The notes under the pieces were generated by a model. It ran no database searches. It saw nothing but the letters and a program-made list of their open reading frames with translations, and had not been told where the DNA came from. The translations under genes and the position numbers were made by a program. DNA of 64,000 bases from Vitrella brassicaformis CCMP3155 (taxonomy: Eukaryota > Protista > Chromerida): positions 248,001 through 312,000 of the forward strand of contig CDMY01000592.1 in assembly GCA_001179505.1 (NCBI GenBank), in the 5' to 3' direction. This document shows positions 37,354 to 49,724 of the stretch, one piece after another (the stretch's first letter is position 1; each line of letters begins with the position of its first letter).

Positions 37354-39183
37354 TCATCCACTGCGGCTCGCTTCGTCCAGCTCGGCAACTTCATCCTCAG
37401 TCAGCGACCAGGACGAACACACAATGACCTGCACGATGGATGCACACAACACAACAGATCGTCCCACCATCGCGGCACCGGCATCTCCTAGGTACCTCCT
37501 TGGCTTGTTGTACATTCTTGACCCCCGGAATGGGAGCAGCCCCTTTGCTGCGGCACCAGTTCAGCGCCACCTGGGTCGGCGTTACAATGCTCCCATCGTT
37601 TGCACCTCCCGCCCCCTCTCCCCGGCGCTCATCGGCTGTTGCGGTCTGGAAGGCCCCCACCAGCCAGTCGACGGGCGATGCCGCTGACGCTCCGCCGGCC
37701 GACGCTGACCTCTGCCGTTCCTCCACTACACGAGCGTTGATCTGAGGGGTCAGCCGTTGCAAGGCGGCCTGAATGCGGGATAGCCGTCCTCCGTCCTTGC
37801 CTCTGGGTGACGCATCCGCTGTACTGGCCTCAACGGCTCTGCAGACAGACAGGCAGGGCAGATGGGGAAAATTCCCAACCATGTCGGTGGCGGTGTTGCT
37901 GACCTGGTTGTGAGTTTGCCCTGCGCCAGAGGCGAGTGTGCGATGGGGGTGATGCCCCGCTCAAAGCAATACTCCAGCGAGCCATCGACAAGGTACCGCT
38001 GAACACGCACGACACACAACACACAACACACATTTCCGCAGACCACGACAGCCACATGCCATGCAGCGGGAGTGCACTCAGCACACACCACCCTCCCTCT
38101 CCTTGCCTGATCGATGAGCGACAGCGGGATCTGGTTGGACACGGTCGGCGTATTCCATTTGCTCAGCTCCCTCTCCATCTGCGGCAGCTCCTTGATGTCG
38201 AAATTAGACACACCAATGTGCTGACACTTGCCGTCCAGCCTGGCCTTCGCCAGCCCCTCGGCCAACGCAGGATAACCACCAATATAGGGGAATGGAAAAT
38301 GCAGCTGGAAGAGCGCGATCGGCACTCCGTCGAGCCGAGCCAGCGAGTTGTCGATAGCTCGTGACACGGCCTCGCTGCCCCATCGAAAGCCGCCCCCGAC
38401 ACCGAGAGCGTTGGTCCTACGAAGACAATTGCGCCACACCCCACACACTGAGGCTGTCTCCCAGTCAAGAGAAAATGAGGGCATTCCGTGCCTTCGTCCC
38501 CTCAATACCAGAGAAGCGGGAAGAATTTGGTTGCCACACGCACAGATGGCCGTTTTTTGCCGAGTTTGCCTAGCAGCTGCTCCGACTGATAGCCGTTTGG
38601 GATGTTCTGGTAGCCGTAGACCTCTGCTGTGTCAAAGAAGGTGATGCCGGCATCCACCAACATCGATCCTGACATCTGCAGACGAGAGAGAAAGAAAGAA
38701 AGGAAACAAACACACATGCGGTCCTAGTGGATGCAGCGATCGATGGCATCTATCTGTACCTCAACATCATCAGGTCCAAATGGCCTCGACTCACTGGATG
38801 GCTCCGCGCTCACTGCACCCTCAGCGACAAACCCCCTCTTGGGATCACCCCTGCAGCACACACACACAACCAAGCAGTCACACAGGTCATGCTGCAGACA
38901 CACACACACAGAGAGAGAGAGATGCATTCATCGTCTGTCCTTCTCACCATGCGAGCGTGCCGACACCGATAGGGCCGATGTCATACGTCGATGTGACGTC
39001 GGCCGCCACTTCGGGGACCGTCCTCACTGCAAAGATCCCATCGCGCCTCGGTCGTGGGAGGGCAGATAGAGGGCGGGCAGTGAATGCGGCTGCTCTCGCG
39101 TCTGTCAGCGTGCCACAGTCGACGTAGTGAGCTGCCTGACAGGCCAGAAGGAAGAGGCAACGCGGCAAAATACTCCTCATCAT
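37354..39183 (-). CDS. aldo/keto reductase, pyridoxal reductase (PLR1)-like, bipartite plastid leader
   Basis: IGVGTLAW|GD, FFDTAEVYG, VATKF, LFQLHFP, IGVSNF, AHSPLAQG, TPTQVALNW..PIPGVKN; Asp/Tyr/Lys/His tetrad intact; leader MMRSILPRCLFLLACQ..AAAF. Confidence 0.9.
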
Positions 39184-39475
39184 CCGACTCGGAATGCAGA
39201 TTTCATCAAATTGTCATTCCATCGCACCACCGTCGAACGAACGTCGCTCCGACAGTCGCGAAGCGCGCAATAAGCGATCGCGTTCGCCTCCAGAAAAATC
39301 TTAGCTTGGCGTCTTCTTCAGGCTGCCAGCAAGACTCCAGCACTTGGGCTCCAGCAAGGACGGGCCTCAGCATCGGCGCGGACCCTGCCGCCATGACCAT
39401 CCTCAGCCGCATCACCGTGCTGTGCAGCTCGGGGCACCGCCCAAGTACACGTGGCAGCAGCTCGACGGTGGCGGC

Positions 39476-40578
39476 ATGGGCAGGGGATTTGTCACCGGCA
39501 CGACCACGGTAAGGACACAATTCATGCATGCATGGGTGAAGATGGGATGGGTGCACGTGTGAGAGGCCTGGGTGACGGGCGCGATGAGATCGGTGCACAC
39601 TCTGTCTGTACTGCACACTCGGTGTTCTCATTTCTTTGGACGTGTCGTTATGTGTTGGTGCAGAGTGGCACGTTTGGGTACGAGGGATGTGACAACCGCA
39701 CCCTGACGACCACAACTGGGTATGCGGCACTATCGTCAGTGGCGCTACATGTGTAACGTGCATCTGTCTGTCAGGGATTCGTCGCCAACGTCGCCCACGA
39801 GCACATCGAACTCGGCGGCTTCGGCCAACAACGTAGGCACCCACACACAAACCCACGGAAACACCGACCCGAGATGCATGGAGGGATGGAGGGATGGATT
39901 CATTGGTGTTGGTTATATTGATTGCAATGCAGGCCAAACCCACCGTGAATGAGCTCATCTGCACCCACGACATGGCCCTCGTGAAGGACCAGGGCATCTA
40001 CCGCTGCTTCACGTTCGCCGCCGACCTGTCGGCCAAGGGCACCAACCTCAGCGAGGGCACGCTGATACGGGGATATTATGCGTCCAAGGAGGACAGCACC
40101 ATAGCAGGCATGGCACTGACCGGCCCGCATCAGGGGAAGTACGGCGTGTGGAGCGGCCACCACGGCGCCGTCAAGAGGGTGGCGCTGTACACCACCGTGA
40201 CGGCCCAGGACAAGACGACGGCCAAGGGCACACTCACGGCCTACCTGGCTGTCGAGGCGGGTGTGTGTTCGGGGGCCGGGCCAACTGCCGGTGCTGTCAA
40301 CCTCACGCCTGTGGATGTGGCGCCGGTGCCGCCGTCGGTGGCGCGCAAGTGGCGGCCCGCTCGCTCCACACACGTTCGGGGGGCGGGGCGGGGGAGGGGT
40401 GGGGCGCCGCGCCGTGGCCGTGTGCCGAGGCAGCCGCGTGATTGAGACCATCACGATGACGACCCGCAGCATCCACGAGGAGATCGCCATGCTGCGTGAC
40501 AGCATTGGCGACGAGTTCCTGACGTGGTTTCTCAAGGGCATCATGGCGGGCACTCAGAGGGTGGGCTATTATGAGTAG
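39476..40578 (+). CDS. hypothetical protein, possibly frameshifted in a G-run
   Basis: exons join in phase (MGRGFVTGTTT|SGTFGY..|DSSPT..|AKPTVNELICTH..); downstream protein-like text (IHEEIAMLRDSIGDEFLTWF) is in +1 frame; start uncertain. Confidence 0.45.
40378..40404 (+). other. G-quadruplex-forming tract G6-C-G4-C-G5-A-G4-T-G4
   Basis: five G-runs with 1-nt loops. Confidence 0.7.
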
Positions 40579-41257
40579 GGAGGGGCACAGCGCACAAGAC
40601 ACAGCAGTGCCTGTCGGTCGGATGCTTGCATTTGTCGACTGCCTGTTGGTCTGCCTGTCCGTCCGGTTTATGATGTCCTCACTGATCTTCTGTCCATTCG
40701 TCTGGCTGCTGTCCAAATGAATGGCCTCTCTCCTTAGTTTTTCCTTTTGTCGTCGTTTGGCGTAGGGGGTGAGGAGGGAGGGTAATTAAAGCAAAGCCAT
40801 CGAACTAGCCTCTAATTAAGTACAGGCGTACAGGCGTTTCCCCACACGAACAGGTAGAGATAGACGTGTGGTGAGACGAACGCCGCTTCTTCCCTTCGGC
40901 CAGCGAAAGATGCTGGCTGGTGTTTTGTAATTGAGTGCATTTGTCGTGTGTGTAGTCCGCTGCTCTTTTCTTTTCAATGTTGGTGTGGTTCATTGGCCGA
41001 TGGTCGACTGGGTGGGGAGCGGTGTGCACTTGGTGTGTGTTTGCGTTGCGTTGGTGCATTGATGCAGGGATGACTCGTGAGTGTGTGGAGACCTTACGTA
41101 TGAATGAATGCTACCTGCCAAACCAAGGTCAGGGGCGATGTCCTTACCCTGTTCCGCACAGAAAACGCCGACGCTCAATTTCGGAGATTTGATCATAATT
41201 TTCTTCCGGATTGTCTCGTGGAACCGAGGGCGGCAGGGGAGATGCCGCTGACCCTGT

Positions 41258-42348
41258 ATGGGCCTTGACCGCCTCCGCCTCCGCTCGCTAACCTCTGCCT
41301 CCTCTCGACTTTTCTGCCAGAGCGCCGCAGCGGCCCGTCTGCTGCCCGCCGACCATCATCTGCCTTTGATTGCAGCCATGGGTGACCAGGAGATGCCCGT
41401 AGGCAAGCACACGGGCAAGAAGTTCTCGGAGATCCTCGTACAAGACCCGTCATTCTGCGACTTCGCCCTCTCTCTGCCGGGTCAGTTATTGTAGTCGACA
41501 CCGACAGCACCATGACACTCGTGTCATGCCTCATGGCATTCGGCTGGCTCGTGCACCCGTCCGTGTGTTTGTGTCCATCCATCCATCGTGTGTGCTGTGC
41601 TTTCTGTTCTGTCTGTGTGATGTGATGCGTTCCCTCAGGACCGAAGGGTGCGCTGTTGGCGTTCAAGCAGTACGTGCAGAACGCTCGTGGCCTCTCACAG
41701 GACGCACCAGGAGCGGCGGCAACAGCCTCTCAGCCCAGCCCTCCCCCTCCCCCTCCCCCCTGCCCACCCGTCCCCCGGCCGCCACGGTTCTCCCCATCTG
41801 CTCAGAGACTCTCGCCACCCCACCACCAAAACCAGCAGCAAGGCAACCACCACTACAGCCCTCCAAATGATGACTTTCAGCGGTTTGCGTACAATGGCAG
41901 CGGTGCTGGTGCTGCTGCTGCTGGTAGTGGTGCGAGCACGGGGGTGGGTGGCGCTAGTGGTTCGGGTGCGGGAGTGGGAGTGGGTGTGGGTATGGGTGTG
42001 GGTATGGGGAATCGCACGCAGGCGTCGCAGGCGTCTCAGTGGAGTGCGCCTGCTGTCAAGGAGAAGATTGACCCCATAGCGTTGGAGCTCTACCAACATG
42101 ACTATTTCAGGGTGAGGTGGGGTCGCTGGTGTGTCCGCACGCCGTGTGCGTGTGCCTGTGTTGACATTATATATCCTATCCGTGTTGTTTGTGTTGTTTG
42201 TGTTGTGTGTGTGCGTGCAGATAGCCCAGGTGCGTCAGAGTGGCCGTGCCGAGTCGTTCATCGACCGTTCCCTCTGGACCAGACTCAGAGTGGGTCATAC
42301 CCTCCACCCACTCACAACCACGAGGACGACATCCCTCACTCATTCCCT

Positions 42349-42388
<40 letters not shown>

Positions 42389-45300
42389 GTGTGTTCAGAG
42401 TTTGGGCCCCGACAGCAGCACGCGTGACGCCGGTCCCGGGTTTCGTAGCGGGGGTGAGGTGATGCTGTTCCACTGCTCGAGGTACAACGACATCAAGGAG
42501 GCCATCCGGGAGGCCTTCGACACCAAGTTCGAGGACATACCGCGGTTCGTCATGTGGCAGAGCCAACAGCTACTCACCTTCGCACCCAAAGCTGCGGTAT
42601 GTCATGTCAAACAGACAGACAGAGAGCCGGGGAATGGGCACATTGCTCGTGTGTGACGGCGTCAGTTTCCGAAGTTCGTAGCTCGCTGTCTGCTGCCGAT
42701 TGACAACGAGAAGGAGCGGCAGCACTGCGAGAAGGTCGAGCAATTCCTCGCGGAGCTGGACACGCTCATCCCCAACATACGACCCTTCCAGGTGCACTGC
42801 AGGAGGGAGGGAGGCAATACACAACACAGCGCAGGACAGCAGCATGTGTGTCACCCACCGGTGTGTGGTGTCTGTCTGTGATGTGTGTGTGCAGCGTGAT
42901 GGCATAGCGTTTGCGTTGAGGAAAGGCGGCCGTGCGCTCATCGGGGACGAAATGGTCCGTACTCACATCGCATCCATGGCCGGCTGCATGGCATGGCATG
43001 ATGATACATACGCCGACTTATTTCTTCCTGTCGTGTGTGGTTCGTGTCTGTGTGTCTGTGTGTCTGTCTGTCTGTCGGATGTGATTGATGCCGTCTGACA
43101 GGGCTTGGGCAAGACCCTGCAGGCGTTGGCTGTCGCGGCGTTCTACTCCAATCAGTGGCCGCTGCTCGTCATCTGCCCGTCATCCATGTATGTCAGCAAA
43201 CCACCCACCCCCTACCACACCCACCATTTCTGTCTGTCTGTCTGTCTTATGTGTATGTGGTTGGTGTTTGTTATTGTCCTTCCTGCCTGCCTGCCTGCCT
43301 GCCTGCAGTCGTTTCCAGTGGCGCGACCAGGCCTCCCAGTGGCTCAAACACTTAGTCAGAGAATGCGACGTACGTACGTCAGTCAATCAGCACCTCATTA
43401 AACACATATATTGCGGAAAAGAACACACTAGCTCAGCTCAGCTGCTTTGTGTGTGGCCCCCACCACTCCTCCCCCCCTCCCTCCCTGTCTGTCTGTCTGT
43501 CTGCGTGTGTGTCTGTCAGGTATGTTTGGTGAAGAATAGCAAGACGGTTGTGCCGGACGATGCCAAGATCGTCGTCATCTCGTACGACCTCATCTCGCGC
43601 GACAACAACGACCCCCTCAGGACCAGACCCAACGGCGAGAAATACAAGGTGTGTGCAGTGCAGTGCAGTGCAGCGAGGGGGACCCCGAGCCACACACGCC
43701 ATCCATGCAGCATGACAGCTGACTGACCTGTGTGAACATCAGGTGGTGATAGCTGACGAGTGTCACTACCTGAAGGACCGCAACTCCAAGCGCAGCAGAG
43801 TGGTGCGCAGCGCACGGCAAACACTCATTCATACGAAGCCGTGCCGTGGATGGAATGCAATACATCGTTGCTCTCTCTCTCCCTTTCTCTGTATGTGTGT
43901 GGTGTGTGTCAGGTGGTGGAGATCTGCCAGAATGCCCGTCACGCGCTGCTGCTGTCGGGGACGCCGGCACTCAACAAACCTATAGAACTCTTCCCGCAGC
44001 TGTCCGCACTCGTAAGTCGGCAAGCCACATCACCCATCACACATCACACATCACATCACATGCCCCACCCACTCACCATGACATGAATGACCACATCCCA
44101 TCTGTCCGTCCACACATCCATCTCATCTGTCTGTCTGTCTGTGTGTGTGTGTGTGTGTGTGTGCAGCTTCCGAATTTCTCGACCTACAACGAGTTTGGCG
44201 ACCGGTACTGCATGAAGGAGCAGAACAGGTGGTCCCGCCGCATCGAGTACACCAGGTCCAAACACACCACAGAACTCAACCTCTTCCTCACTAACACGGT
44301 AGGTCAGCCAGCCAGCCAGACACACACACACCCGCACACAAAGTGACCACCAGAAGCGATGAGAATGGATGGACACGTGTGTGTGTGTGTGGTTGTGCAG
44401 GTGATGATTCGCCGCCTCAAGAAGGACGTGCAGAAGGAGCTGCCGGACAAACTCAGAACCAAAGTGCCCTGCGAGGTGTGGAGGACAATCTGCCAAAGAA
44501 TCACAGATAAACAGACACGCAGGCATCCACCTGTGTCTGTGTGTGTCGTCAGATTGACGCCAAGTCGCTGCGGAACATCCAGATGGCCATGAGGGAGGCC
44601 AACATAGAGGACGAGCTGCGCGCCGCCGGAGACTTAGACGACCCTGAAATGTCCAACAAGGTCAGTGTGCAGGCCACCCAGCCACACCACACCACACCAC
44701 ACCATGGCCAGCAACCTCCCTCCTCTATGTGTGTGCAGATGGGCAATCCGGCGATGGCTGAGATGTATCGCATGACGGGCGAGGCCAAGATCAAGGCCGC
44801 GGAGGACTACATCGACATGCTGCTCGAGGGCGAGTGCGAGAAGCTCATTGTCTTCGGACACCACCACGCTGTCCTCGACGGCATAGAGAAGAAATGCATC
44901 AAAACTCTCAAAATGGTCTGCACACACCCACACACATGGCACGTACACACACGCACTGAGTGTGTGGCGTGTCGTGTGTAGGAGGGGTACATTCGTGTGG
45001 ACGGGACGGTGTCGAGCAAGGCGCGAGAGGACCGCATCAAGAAGTTCAGGACAGACAGCAAGTGCAAGGTAGGTACCTCGTCAACACAACACATCCCTCT
45101 CCTCCCGCCCCTCAATCAACACACTCACCCCATCCATCCATCCATCCATGTGTGTGTGTGTTGGTGCAGGTGGCGCTGCTGTCGATGACGGCGTGTGGCA
45201 CCGGCCTCAACTTGACTGAGGCGGGCACGGTGGTGTTTGCGGAGCTGTACTGGGTGCCGGGGACCATCCTGCAGGCCGAGGACAGGTCACACAGGATGGG

Positions 45301-45923
45301 CTCCGAACACACCACCATCTCCGTCTACTACCTCATCGCTGAGGTAGGTACCTACCTGCACATCACATGAATGTGGAGGGATAGGGACAGACAGGGCGGA
45401 AGAGAAAGATATGGATTGGATTGGATGTGATGTGTGTGTTTGGTCGCTGATGGATGGATCAATCAGCACACGATGGACGAGGCCATTTGGGAGGTGCTGC
45501 AGAAGAAGTGGCAAACCGTCACCTCAACACTCGATGGAAGGGTACGCGACAGACAGACCAGAAGGAAGGACACACCACACCACACCACACCCGCCTGTTG
45601 TGTTGATGAATCCAATCGATGCGCACACACAGGCCGAGACCATCGAGGCCCGTGTGGGTGAGACAGTCAAGGCCAGGCAACCGTCCCGCGGACCAGCTGC
45701 CGCTGCTGCTGGTGGTGGTGCTGCTGGTGGTGGTGATGGCGGTGACCAGATCATGCAAGACCCCTACGATGACGACGCGAATGACGCGGACATGGGGTTC
45801 TCGAGCAACTCGCAGCCGGCCAAGTCGCCCCCTGCCAAGAAGGCGGGTGGCAAGAGGTCGGAGCCGCCCAAGAACGTGCCCGACATCCGGTCGTTCTTCA
45901 CCAAGAAGGCCAGGAACGAGTGA
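41258..45923 (+). CDS. SMARCAL1: SMARCAL1/HARP-like SNF2 annealing helicase
   Basis: RPFQ|[14 protein letters not shown]|[69 protein letters not shown]; start 41258 or 41378. Confidence 0.9.
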
Positions 45924-46307
45924 CTGACTACTTACAGCCGTAGACACACCTTTGGGGGGCAGGAGGGACAAGTGGATGGATGGCATGCGTGTGTTGGTAG
46001 CAGCCAGCTGTTAGTAGAGAAAGGTATGATGCATTGCGTTGAAACGTGCAATGCGTCCGGGTGTGTGTGTGTGTGTGTGTGAATGGGTGTGCACGATACA
46101 TAATGGTGTGGTGTGGTGTGGATGCACCTGGCTGGCAGTTTGGACAATGGCGACTCGCTGATTCAATGCCTGGCAACATCAGTTTCCAAGTGATAGCCAT
46201 GACACACGTCTTGAGATCTGGCGTCGGGACGCCTTTTTGGCTGGAGCCGTCCTGTCGCCCTCCAGGAAGTTCTAGGGCAAGATCTCCCCCGCCCTAGAGA
46301 AAAGCTA

Positions 46308-46315
46308 AGCTCGCA
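46308..46315 (-). promoter_or_regulatory. TGCGAGCT motif copy 7
   Basis: AGCTCGCA about 95 nt upstream of ATG 46410. Confidence 0.55.
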
Positions 46316-46409
46316 GACTCGAGGAGCAAGTGGTACCCACACGTGACCTTTGTCTGTTGGTGCTTTCCTCTCTCTCGTGTGGCGATGAGTTGATTTCAAG
46401 GACGAATCG

Positions 46410-48057
46410 ATGCAGCGGGCACGGTGGTATTACATCTACCCGCCTTTTAGGCGCTTCATCGTCGCTCACAGCATACCCAGGCCATCGACGGCGGCGTCGT
46501 CAGCATGCGGCTCTCCTGACATCGAGTCAACAGCCCGTCGGCCGTCTTGCCGCGGCTTCTCATCAACCACAGCAGCAGCAGCTTCACAATCACAGCCGGC
46601 ACACCCCGAGTCGCTCATCGCGCAGACTCTCGAGGAGATGGCTGAAAACAAGGAGTATCAGGCAACGCTTGACGACCTCAAGAAGTTTGGTCAGAAGCGG
46701 CTGTCGCTCGAGGAGAAGAAGAAGCGGCGGCGGGCGCTGCACCACCTGGGGCTGCCGGGGTTCGATGACTTCCTCCGGCAGAGGAACATCCCTCTGCTCA
46801 AGCGCGACACCGTCACCACCCTGCAGGTACTTACCTGCACGCAAGAACGGACAGGACACATCACTATACTCTCTACTCTGCTGTGCCCATCAATTCCGTT
46901 TTCTCTTCGTGTGTGTCATGCCATTCAGGTGAACATCGGTCTGTACTGCAACCAGGCCTGCACTCACTGCCACGTGGAGGCGTCCCCCCTCCGCAAGGCC
47001 GACATGATGACGCCAGACATCGCGGCGCGGCTCATCGAGGTGCTCGACAACACCCCCACCGTCACCACACTCGACATCACCGGCGGCGCGCCGGAGATGA
47101 ACCCCGTCTTTCGCACACTCGTCAAGGAGGGCCGCGCGCGCAACCTCGACGTCATCGACCGGTGCAACCTGACGGTGCTGCTCGAGCCCGGCCAGGAGGA
47201 CCTCAGTGCCTTCCTGGCTGCCCACCAGGTGCACGTCATCGCCTCGCTGCCCTGCTACAGCCAGAAGAATGTCGATTCGCAGAGGGGGCGGAAGGTGTTC
47301 GAGCGGTCCATCCAGGCGCTGCAGGAGCTCAACGGCAAGGGGTACGGCCGGCCGGGGACGTCCCTGGTGCTGGACCTGGTGTACAACCCTGGAGGGGCGT
47401 TCTTGCCACCCGACCAGGCGACGCTCGAGGCCAGGTACCGAGAGGAGCTTGAGCGCGACTACGGGATCGTATTCAACCGCCTGTACTGCATGACCAACAT
47501 GCCGATAAAGCGGTTCGCCGACTTCCTGTACAAGCAGGGGAAGCTGGGCGAGTACATGGAGCTGCTGGTCAACAACTTCAACCCCACCACGGTCGACACC
47601 GTCATGTGCAAGTCGCTCGTCAGCGTCAGATGGGACGGACGGTGAGTGAGCTGATGGGATGGGACCTGAGAAACCAACACGCACTTTGTGTGAATGTGTG
47701 TGTGTATGCAGCCTTCACGATTGTGACTTCAATCTGGCGCTAGACATGGACCTGCTCCCAGCAGACGGCGCCCCCTCCCAGAGTGACGAGGCGGACCGAC
47801 CCCTCCCCCGGTCGGTGCTGTCATCTCCACCCCCCTCCTCCACCACACTGTGGGACATATCATCGCTCAATGACCTCGTCAACAGGTCAGCACGGGCGCC
47901 AAGGACACGGCAAGGCGGCAGATGGAGTGTGGATGTCTGTGTATTTCTGTGTGTGTGTGTCTTCAATCCAATCAGGCGTATAGCGAGTGACACGCACTGC
48001 TTCGGCTGCACGGCTGGTGCCGGGAGCTCTTGACAGGGGGAGACCGTGAAGAGCTAG
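46410..48057 (+). CDS. arsS: radical SAM/Cys-rich (DUF3641) protein, ArsS arsenosugar-biosynthesis family; probable selenoprotein
   Basis: LQ|VNIGLYCNQACTHCHVE (CX3CX2C), LDITGGAPEMN, IASLPCY, LVYNPGGAFLPP, VMCKSLVSVRWDG, DCDFN, HCFGCTAGAGSS-TGA-QG then TAG at 48055-48057. Confidence 0.9.
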
Positions 48058-48664
48058 ACACACACGGTGCGGCCCTTCACGGTGGGGTGCTTGGGAATCT
48101 CGTGGATCCACACATGCCTAGAGAGGGGAGGGGAGAGGGGAGGTCTGCACCATCCATCATGACGTGGTGGCGTGGTCTGCGTGTGTGTCATTGTTTCGTG
48201 CCCGCGAGTGAGTCTGCCCCTCATCACCCCAGGCAGCTGGGATGGGGGCGGGTGATAGCAGGGAGGCGACGGACACACACTCACGCCACGGCCACGTACA
48301 CAACCAGATGGATCCATCGCATCATTGCGGCGGACAGGAAGGCAGGGAATGGGCGAGCGGTTTTGCGAGGGGGTCATCACTGGTTCACTGGTGTGACAGA
48401 CAGTCATTTTGGCATCTTGCATGGTCATCCGTGCGTTGACATCGCATTCGTCATGAAGATTCTGTATCTTACCTGGTTCACATCTCGGCCGGCCATATCA
48501 ACCGCCACAGGCGAAGGGCGCCATGTCCGTTGGACAACCAACTGGTGCCACGGTGCCCTTCCAGAGTGGTGATGTTTGTGGCCGGCCGGGGAAACCGGGC
48601 TTTCACTGGATGGATGGATGGATGCTTGTTGCGTCAGCTTTTGAGTTTGTTGGGCTGGCTGGCT

Positions 48665-48724
48665 GTACACACGAATTGAATGAGTGCGTTCGTATCATAC
48701 ATACGGATCACGATATCACTGTAC
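48665..48724 (+). ncRNA. candidate non-canonical SECIS element
   Basis: AUGAG..CGAU core (U.U, G.A, A.G), 11-nt helix II arm, lower GUACA/UGUAC pairing; apical AA missing. Confidence 0.25.
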
Positions 48725-49724
48725 GCGTGTGTGTCGACGAATGGACTGTCCCAAAAGAGAGAGTGTGTCCTTGTGTGCGTGACGTTATCAGCCGTTCAAG
48801 ACTGCAAGGCATCTCTTTTTCATTTTATTTTTCACGACTGCATGGTGCGGGTGAGGGTTTAAATTGTGTGTGTGAATCTATAAGTATGGCTCGAGAGGGG
48901 TCATCCGGGGAGACACTACTGCAATCTGTCTATCTGTCTGTCAGTACAAGGGGGGAGGGAGCTCACAGACAGCACGTGCGTGTCCTAGCGTGTCGCTTGT
49001 ACACAGACCCCATCCATGCCGGGATGAAGAGACGAACTGACTATGAGGTAGTGTCCAAAGTGACGAATTTCCGTGAAATGTGTTGGATTCGAAACCTCTG
49101 TTCTACCTGTTCTGCCTCGCGCCGCGCCATGTGTGGGAAGTACTTCCCCCGGTAGGTCTGCCCTGCCAGTGGCAGCTGAAGATCTTTCCTGTTGGCTGTT
49201 GACAGCGACGCGCTCGACGACACCGATGCCCTCCCGGCATCAGCAACAGCTCCACCATGAAGACCTGTCACCGATCTGCTGGACTGCCTGACGCACCACC
49301 ACCAACGCCAATGGCACCACCTTCAACCACCAATGACGGCCGCTTCGCTGTTTCCGACCACCCGCCGCCGCCTGTTGGCGACCAGGGCCCCAGCCCAAGC
49401 GCCTCTGCCTGTGTGCACGATGATGGTGATATGGATGCGGATGAGGAGGTCGGCAGACGGCTCCCTGGCAAGCACCTGGTGATGGATCTTGCGGCCGTGG
49501 TGTGAGGGAAGCGGCGCCAGATGAGGCTCTATCTCCCGGGCGTGGTCAAGATGCGCTTCTGTTGGGCCCTCCTGTGTAGGAGAGACAAGAAAAAGCAAAC
49601 AAGGAGGGAGGGAGGGAGGGAGTGCATCATTGCCAACCAAATGGTTTGTTTGTTGTGTTTAGGTTCCTCTCTTCGAAACTTGCGGCATTTTCCGGCTGTG
49701 ATGCGAGATCCAGGGCACTTGCAC

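Noticed and set aside
39184-39475. TGCGAGCT in the AKR/hypothetical divergent gap
   Set aside because: Only a partial AGCTTGGC match near 39303; counted as the exception (1 of 9)
48513-48561. 10-bp hairpin GAAGGGCGCC/GGTGCCCTTC in the arsS 3' region as SECIS
   Set aside because: Lacks the UGA/GA quartet geometry
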